Below are positions 57,805 through 64,000 of a stretch of DNA of 64,000 bases, piece by piece. The translations under genes and the position numbers were made by a program. The notes beneath the pieces were generated by a model. It was not told the DNA's origin. It worked only from the letters and a program-made list of their open reading frames with translations, and searched no databases. This DNA is from Candidatus Poribacteria bacterium (GTDB taxonomy: Bacteria > Poribacteria > WGA-4E > WGA-3G): the NCBI GenBank assembly GCA_965205015.1, contig OZ242029.1:3808001-3872000 (forward strand). Reading direction: 5' to 3'. Position 1 is the stretch's first letter, and each line of letters opens with the position of its first letter.

Positions 57805-59778
57805 TTATTGTTTCCTCAAAATAAGTAGGGTAAGGTCGTCAAATTGATCGGCTTCTCCCTGAAACCCCATGACTGCTTCGTGCAAATATTCTCGGATCCC
57901 CTCAGCGTCAGAATCCTTGCAGGCTTTGCAATCCTTTACGAGTCGGTCTTCCTCATAGTATTCATCTTCAATATTGACGGTTTCCGTAACACCGTCTGTA
58001 TAATATACGACGACATCCCCACTTAAGAGCTGGACATTCTCCGCTTCATACTCAGCGATGCTTGACACCATATCGTTCGGAAACATCCCGAGTGGAATAC
58101 CGCCAACCTCTTCACCCAACCACTTACAGGTGCCATCCTTTCTGATGAGCAGTGGCGGATTATGTCCTGCATTGAGTGTCGTCAAGATATCCGTATCGGG
58201 GTTAAGGTGACTGTAGAAGAAAGTCGCGTACTTCTCTTCTGTTCCACTGGCGTAAAGGAGCGAGTTAAGCGTCAACGCCATATCGATAAGTTCAGCGTAC
58301 AAGGCGGTCACACTGAGATCGTTTTGCTCTGAATCTTCCGCCGTAGCGTTTTTTCCACGCGACAATTCGGAGATAAGCCCTGCGCGCAGTGTTGCCATGA
58401 GAAGTGCCGCTTGCATCCCTTTTCCAGAAACATCTGCGATTGCGAGTCCCCAATGTCCGGTTGACAAGGCGATGCAATCATAATAGTCGCCGCCAACGGG
58501 ACCGCGTGGCTCATAATGCCCGGCAATTTCGTATCCAGGAATGTGAGGTAGCATCTCCGGAATAAGGTTCTCCTGTATCTTTCGAGCTTCCTCCATTTCC
58601 GCTTGTAATTGACGGGCTTCCAATGCTTCTTGATGTAGGTGCGCGTTTTCAATAGCGACCCCTGCCTGTTTCGCAAAGGAATCAAGTAGGATAACATCCT
58701 CATCGGTAAAGGGGGCGATCATACCCCCACGTTCCTCTTTATCGCCAACAACGAGGATGCCCAAAATGTCCCCGTCGCGTCCGGGAATAGGGACTGCCAT
58801 CAAATTCTTTCCACCGAAAAGTGTATCGGATTTTGATGGGCAGTGCCCCGGCAAACCTTCTTTGACAACAGATTTCAGCATGTCTACGGACGTTGTTTCC
58901 AAGGATACGGGTGTCTCTTCACCGTAAGGAACGATGGGCCAGTTAGCTCCGGACTCGGCTGTGGAACTTTCAACCAATGTCTCTGGAAAAGTGTAGTGCA
59001 TCTCAATTTCTTGACGTTCCGGGTCGGTGAGCATAAGTGCCCCCGCGTTAGCGTCTAAGAGTGAGACGGCTTGGTGCACGACCTGTTCTGCGGCGGCTTC
59101 AGGTTGTAAGAGTTGGCAAATTTGCGGAGCACTTTCAGCAAGCATGAACAATCGGAATTTTTCGCTTTGAACGCCCTCCACCATTTGCGAATAAGCGATG
59201 GCGATCGAAATTTGGTGGGCAAGCGTTGTTAATAATTCCTTCTCCCATGCTTCCAATGCTTCTCTGCCCAAAAAACTGCCTAAACCAATCATTCCGAGAA
59301 ATTCATCTTGAATTTTCAGAGGCACCCAAAGACGTATGTCAATCGTTTCGACGAAGTTGGCAGTCCGATTAAAGAAGGGTTCAAGACCTTCTGGAAGGTT
59401 TGCATTCTCAATGAATGGATGTTGCAGCAACCCCTCAATTTCGCTTTGTTCAACGGTGATAGGGGAGAATACTTGCTCTGGCGATGACGCAACAACCTCA
59501 AGATTCTGCCGCGTCGGGTGGTAACGCAGTATTGCGCCGCGGGTGACTTGCAAAGTTCCAAGCGTGATCCGGAGATAGGTTTTACTTGAATGATTAAAGT
59601 TGCTGTGTCCAGAGATCAACGTTTGTCCCAAATGTTCTAACTCGGAGAGACTAAAGATAAGCCGCTCCATCGTCTGTTCTGCGGTATTTGGCGTTATATG
59701 GGTTTGCAAACTGCCTCCTGACGTAGGCTTGCTTGAATCTTTCATAGGATTGCATCCAGATGATTTAACCATCAACAC
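57805..59778 (-). CDS. GAF-GAF-PP2C (SpoIIE/RsbU-like) phosphatase
   Basis: Two GAF domains; VGGDYYD, IADVSGKG, NAGH, YTDGVTE and DDLT; start uncertain. Confidence 0.9.
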   Translation of the reverse strand: MLMVKSSGCNPMKDSSKPTSGGSLQTHITPNTAEQTMERLIFSLSELEHLGQTLISGHSNFNHSSKTYLRITLGTLQVTRGAILRYHPTRQNLEVVASSPEQVFSPITVEQSEIEGLLQHPFIENANLPEGLEPFFNRTANFVETIDIRLWVPLKIQDEFLGMIGLGSFLGREALEAWEKELLTTLAHQISIAIAYSQMVEGVQSEKFRLFMLAESAPQICQLLQPEAAAEQVVHQAVSLLDANAGALMLTDPERQEIEMHYTFPETLVESSTAESGANWPIVPYGEETPVSLETTSVDMLKSVVKEGLPGHCPSKSDTLFGGKNLMAVPIPGRDGDILGILVVGDKEERGGMIAPFTDEDVILLDSFAKQAGVAIENAHLHQEALEARQLQAEMEEARKIQENLIPEMLPHIPGYEIAGHYEPRGPVGGDYYDCIALSTGHWGLAIADVSGKGMQAALLMATLRAGLISELSRGKNATAEDSEQNDLSVTALYAELIDMALTLNSLLYASGTEEKYATFFYSHLNPDTDILTTLNAGHNPPLLIRKDGTCKWLGEEVGGIPLGMFPNDMVSSIAEYEAENVQLLSGDVVVYYTDGVTETVNIEDEYYEEDRLVKDCKACKDSDAEGIREYLHEAVMGFQGEADQFDDLTLLILRKQ

Positions 59779-59954
59779 GTACTTTAACCTGTATCGCGGC
59801 GTCGTGTTGATGGTTAAGGTTTTTATTTTTTATATATGTTACGACAAACATATTCCTAAGGCACGGGAACATGTCCTCCCCAAAAGGCGTCCGCGAATAT
59901 AAAGCAAAACAATTTCTAATTTATTTCCGGATTAAAAATTGACGACGCCAAGCG

Positions 59955-60299
59955 TTATAGATTCGCGACAGCAGATTCTTCGTCTGGAAAGATACCTGCG
60001 TATTTGGCAATTGCCATCATGCGGAATGTGCGTTCCTGTGTGGCAGACAACCCACAGAAATTCAGGGTGCCTTCGCGTTCAGTGAGTGCCTCTATAATTT
60101 CAATAAGTATAGATATACCAATGCTGTTAATGAGTGTTGTTTTTTCAAGGTTAATGACGAGTTGCGTACAACCCTCCTGAATGAGTTGCTGTGCTTTCTC
60201 GGCGAGTTGCTCTCCGAGGGCATCATTCAGGTATCCCGTTGTTTCAATGATCGCGTGCTCTTTCGCCTCACGAATTTGAATATCGAATTTGTCCAACAA
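59955..60299 (-). CDS. STAS anti-anti-sigma factor (RsbV/SpoIIAA-like)
   Basis: 114 aa; INSIGISIL phosphoacceptor-Ser motif; TTG start with AGGAGG. Confidence 0.88.
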   Translation of the reverse strand: MLDKFDIQIREAKEHAIIETTGYLNDALGEQLAEKAQQLIQEGCTQLVINLEKTTLINSIGISILIEIIEALTEREGTLNFCGLSATQERTFRMMAIAKYAGIFPDEESAVANL

Positions 60300-60506
60300 A
60301 TCGCTTACCTCCTTAAGTTCTTAACTTGGACTTGTGACCGGTTTCCCCAAGACAGAAACGTGATATATAAGAAAAACATGTCGTTATAACAGCCTATTTG
60401 ACACAACTTCCCGAATTATCCGCCGTGCGTTCAAAATGTGGCACTATAGATATAGTGTCCAACGGATTTCCTCAATAGGAGACCTGTGCAATAACGACAC
60501 AACACC

Positions 60507-60938
60507 CTATTGAGAGGACTTCTTTTTCGTGAAACTGACGGTTGTCCCGTTAGGGCTGCTTTCTATAATCACTTCATCCATTAAAGCTTTAATGATTTGT
60601 AAGCCTCTTCCGCGCTTCCGTAAATCGGGGTGTACACTTGGCCTACCAAGTAAGCGGGTACCGTCCAGTGTATCTGCTGTTATACCGACCCCTCGATCCG
60701 TAATTTTGACCTCTAATTGATCATCCGTAACTAAAAACTGAATATGTACTTCCTTATCCTCGCTTTGGCTATGTTCAGAGGCGTTGATGCAAGATTCGAT
60801 GATAGCGAGTTGAATCTCTTCAACTGCTTCTTCGTTGAAGTCTTTCAATTCAGCGAGGACGGAGCCAGTTTTCGCTGCGGCAAGTTCCATATCAGGGTAC
60901 ATCGGTATAGTGAGGAGTACTTTGTGTTCATTTGACAC
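60507..60938 (-). CDS. RsbW-like anti-sigma Ser kinase (HATPase_c_2)
   Basis: LAIIESCINASEH, ITDRGVG and GRGLQIIKALMDEV. Confidence 0.9.
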   Translation of the reverse strand: MSNEHKVLLTIPMYPDMELAAAKTGSVLAELKDFNEEAVEEIQLAIIESCINASEHSQSEDKEVHIQFLVTDDQLEVKITDRGVGITADTLDGTRLLGRPSVHPDLRKRGRGLQIIKALMDEVIIESSPNGTTVSFTKKKSSQ

Positions 60939-61083
60939 GCTAATCTTCCCTCCTTGCTATGATTTATGTTTGTATTAAGAATCCTATAAAAATCCACCTA
61001 AGTTGGCACTTTCCGGAAATTAAAGGTTTATGAAAAACTTGATTAAACATAATACTATATTTTTTGAAATTATGTCAAGAATT

Positions 61084-61638
61084 TTATGGCACAAGCGACT
61101 TTGTCTCGTCAACAATCCAGCGAGCCTCAGCTATTCGTGCAGATGCTTCTGATAATTCCGGTTGATAGGTCGCAAATTTCACCTTATCACAGTTGGTGAG
61201 CACGTGTCGCGTCCGTTCAATGTATGGTGTGGCTATTTCAGCACGTAGCATCGCCTGAAGTAATCCTGTCGTTGTCAATTCCAACGCTGGAATTTGATAA
61301 CGTGCATCGATATATTGGCGGAGGACATAAGCAATTTGGGTATGATAGGTCTCCATGTCGCCACGCGTTAACCAATCAGCGGCTTCAATTGCCGTCAGTT
61401 TCTCGTAGGCTACCTCATGTGCCAACGGTATATCATTCTCATCCGTTGCAGGGACAGGCGGCGGTTGACGGCGTTTTTGGAGAGAATACCATACCCAAAT
61501 AGATGCCAAACCGAGTATCGCTGTACCACTGATAAAATAAGGCAGTAGGTTCTGCGACATTTCTAAGGGCGGTTTGATGTCGCGTAGGTTTTGCCCTCCT
61601 AAAGTCCCCTGCATAAGTATTTGTATAAGTACAGACAT
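61084..61638 (-). CDS. BatD/DUF4381-like membrane protein
   Basis: LRDIKPP, TM helix, LRQYI..Y..ALELTT and DKVKFA. Confidence 0.75.
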   Translation of the reverse strand: MSVLIQILMQGTLGGQNLRDIKPPLEMSQNLLPYFISGTAILGLASIWVWYSLQKRRQPPPVPATDENDIPLAHEVAYEKLTAIEAADWLTRGDMETYHTQIAYVLRQYIDARYQIPALELTTTGLLQAMLRAEIATPYIERTRHVLTNCDKVKFATYQPELSEASARIAEARWIVDETKSLVP

Positions 61639-61692
61639 ATTTCTTTCGGAAAGATGCGACGGACAATCAGATATATCCGGAACCGGGACATT

Positions 61693-62283
61693 TCACTCAG
61701 CGAGAGGTTGAATAACTATCGACTTTGGTGAAGTTGGACAGGCGTATTGACATACCCCACATCCTGTACATCCGGCATCAATAACCTCTACAATGTCATC
61801 TGACGTGAATTGAATTGCATCCTCGCCAATCGGACACGTATCGACACAGTAAGTACAATCCACATCTTGCGTCCGAAGACAGGTTTCAGCGCTGAAAACC
61901 GCCACACCGATTTTAATATCTTCGGCATAAACGGTTTGCAAAGCACCGCTGGGACAAACGTACATGCATGCCAATGAATCGCAAATGACGCACGGCTGTT
62001 CCTCAGGATCGATATAGGGTGTATTTGCGATATCGGGTTGGGAGGTCTGTAACGGGAAAATAGCGTTTGCGGGACAATTCTTGACGCAGTTGCCACACCG
62101 GTGGCACTTTTCTAAGAATTCCACTTCCGGCAACGCTCCGGGCGGTCGAAAGAGCGGACGGTTCCCCGGTTCCTCAGCAGGCACATGGTCGCTGATCCGG
62201 TCATCAAGGAATTCGGCGACCGGTTGGATGAGTTGGTTCAAGGCTTCCTTGAAAAAGCCGCGTCTCCCCGTTTCATCAGGCAT
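61693..62283 (-). CDS. MauM/NapG-like multi-[4Fe-4S] ferredoxin
   Basis: RRGFFK, RPPGA..EF..CHRCGNCVKNCP and further Cys clusters. Confidence 0.88.
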   Translation of the reverse strand: MPDETGRRGFFKEALNQLIQPVAEFLDDRISDHVPAEEPGNRPLFRPPGALPEVEFLEKCHRCGNCVKNCPANAIFPLQTSQPDIANTPYIDPEEQPCVICDSLACMYVCPSGALQTVYAEDIKIGVAVFSAETCLRTQDVDCTYCVDTCPIGEDAIQFTSDDIVEVIDAGCTGCGVCQYACPTSPKSIVIQPLAE

Positions 62284-62330
62284 CTTTAGGGTCCATCCCT
62301 GAGCGTCGTGCTCGGCGTTCGCGCGGCACT

Positions 62331-62963
62331 TTATTTTTCGCTGACTTTAGAGATCCGGTAACAACATTTATGGCTTCCCTGCATGAGATGTTCCACTCGA
62401 ACGACTTTCGCCCCCAAGGATTGCCGGAAAAGTGCCGTCTCAATTTCGCAGACATGCGGGTACTCTTGCGCGATCAAGGCGATAGGGCAATTATGTTCTG
62501 TTAAGACGTAATCATCCTCATTTTCGTCGAAGCGTGCCATGTACCCTTCTTCATCACGGATTTGGGCAAGTTCCTTGACCCGTTCGGGCAATGTTTTGCC
62601 TTGGAGTCGCTGTTGATAAGTGTCCAACTGTGATTTCATCCGTCCACGGAAGACTTTGTTGATAAAATCGGGACCGTTAAATTTGGCGACCTCATGCATT
62701 AACCCAACAGCAAAGTTAGCATAAGTCGTAGGGAAGAGACTATTTGCTGCATCGGTCAATTGATAGATATAAGGTGGACGGCCACGTCCCTGCTTTTCCC
62801 GGTAGTGCTCGACCAACCCCTCTGCTTCAAGTATGGCGAGGTGTTGCCGGATTCCCATCTGACTGATATGCAGTGCCTCTTTCAACTGACCGACGGTCAT
62901 GCCGGCACGCATTTTCAGCAGTTGCAGGATTCGCATTCGGGTTTCGCTCATTTCACAATTCAT
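62331..62963 (-). CDS. SufR-like ArsR/HTH transcriptional regulator
   Basis: HTH, GRGRP, GYMA and EHNCPI..C..E..C. Confidence 0.85.
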   Translation of the reverse strand: MNCEMSETRMRILQLLKMRAGMTVGQLKEALHISQMGIRQHLAILEAEGLVEHYREKQGRGRPPYIYQLTDAANSLFPTTYANFAVGLMHEVAKFNGPDFINKVFRGRMKSQLDTYQQRLQGKTLPERVKELAQIRDEEGYMARFDENEDDYVLTEHNCPIALIAQEYPHVCEIETALFRQSLGAKVVRVEHLMQGSHKCCYRISKVSEK

Positions 62964-63157
62964 GTGATTTCCTCGCAGGATAAGCTTGCAAACATTACTT
63001 TATTTCATCATTTTTTAAAATTATATCACAATTGGACGTTCAATTCAAGGTTTAACCCACTATTTTTCTTTTGTCTATTTCTCGCGTATGTGATACAATT
63101 TTGTAAAGGAACCTGATCGCAAGCCGATCGTAAAAGGATGGAAAGGAGCAGGTAGAG

Positions 63158-63964
63158 ATGCAGAACGAACTCACCGAATCACAAATTAATTTTTATCAGG
63201 AAAACGGATTTCTTGTCATTGAGAACTTTCTGGACGCTGCAGAATTGGCGGAGTGGCGGCGTTGCACCGATGCGTCTGTTGAGGAACGACTCGGGAACTC
63301 AGTCGAATTTATGACGAACCAGATGGATGCCAAGCAGTTTTACGCACGCGTTTTTACACAGTGCCTCCGCTTGTCAGACACGCATGCTGGGATGCGAAAA
63401 TTGGTGCACGATCCGAGACTCGGTAAGATGGCAGCGCAATTAGCCGATGTTGATGGTATGCGCATTTGGCACGATCAAGCCCTGATTAAACCGCCCCACG
63501 GCAATCCCACTGCATGGCACCTCGATGTCCCGTACTGGTCCTTTGATTCACGGGATGCCGTCTCGTTTTGGGTTGCGTTGGACGACGCTACACTTGCCAA
63601 CGGATGTATGTGGTATCTGCCAGGAACTCATAAAACAGCCCGCTTTGATAATGTTGGCATTGGAATAAATATCGGTGAACTGTTTAACGTATACCCAGAA
63701 TGGAAACAGATTGAACCGCAGTGTGCCCCGTGTCCCGCAGGCTCTATTGCATGGCATAACGGTCTCGTTGCCCACGGTGCAGGTGCGAACATGACGCTCC
63801 ATCACCGCAGGGCGATGACGTGCGGTTTCATGCCTGATGGATGCACTTTCAACGGAAAGCGAAATATTCTACCGGAACCCTACTTTAACTCGCTGGAAAT
63901 TGGGGATGTGCTTAACGACGATATCCAAAACACACTTATTTGGCATAGGGATCGGGATGCTTAA
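63158..63964 (+). CDS. PhyH family dioxygenase
   Basis: WHDQALIKPP, WHLD, NGCMWYLPGTH and HGAGAN..RR. Confidence 0.9.
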   Translation: MQNELTESQINFYQENGFLVIENFLDAAELAEWRRCTDASVEERLGNSVEFMTNQMDAKQFYARVFTQCLRLSDTHAGMRKLVHDPRLGKMAAQLADVDGMRIWHDQALIKPPHGNPTAWHLDVPYWSFDSRDAVSFWVALDDATLANGCMWYLPGTHKTARFDNVGIGINIGELFNVYPEWKQIEPQCAPCPAGSIAWHNGLVAHGAGANMTLHHRRAMTCGFMPDGCTFNGKRNILPEPYFNSLEIGDVLNDDIQNTLIWHRDRDA

Positions 63965-64000
63965 GAGGTAAACTTAGAACATTGCCCTCACAGAAATAAC

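Noticed and set aside
1-64000. tRNA, rRNA or riboswitch genes
   Set aside because: None was recognised by eye; a covariance-model search would be needed to exclude them.

Overview
This is a gene-dense 64-kb bacterial chromosomal segment read with the standard bacterial code. It is most likely from Candidatus Poribacteria or a relative. That is an inference from four PhyH-family dioxygenases, three FG-GAP/ASPIC-UnbV proteins, TPR proteins, PorV-like barrels and secreted proteins ending in 'KLxTTWGxLK'. Housekeeping genes include rph-rdgB-efp-accB-accC, pncB and cysC. Regulatory modules include an ECF sigma/anti-sigma/TPR trio, an RsbW-STAS-PP2C partner switch and a SufR-like regulator. Mobile and defence content includes a TnpB-only IS200/IS605 element, a 150-bp MITE with a target-site duplication, Mrr, DUF433/PIN toxin-antitoxin parts and a type ISP restriction remnant. 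Most notable: (1) a rhodanese-MoeB (E1-like) gene with an in-frame TGA exactly at the conserved active-site Cys, followed by a SECIS-like hairpin (probable selenoprotein), and then by a LysW-like acidic zinc-ribbon protein; (2) three families of dispersed palindromic repeats inserted in frame into unrelated proteins; (3) a multi-domain Hfq-like protein; (4) a shared C-terminal sorting-like motif alongside PorV-like barrels; (5) a dispersed ACCGCAAGG element sitting just upstream of start codons. All family calls come from motif recognition by eye; no database searches were run.
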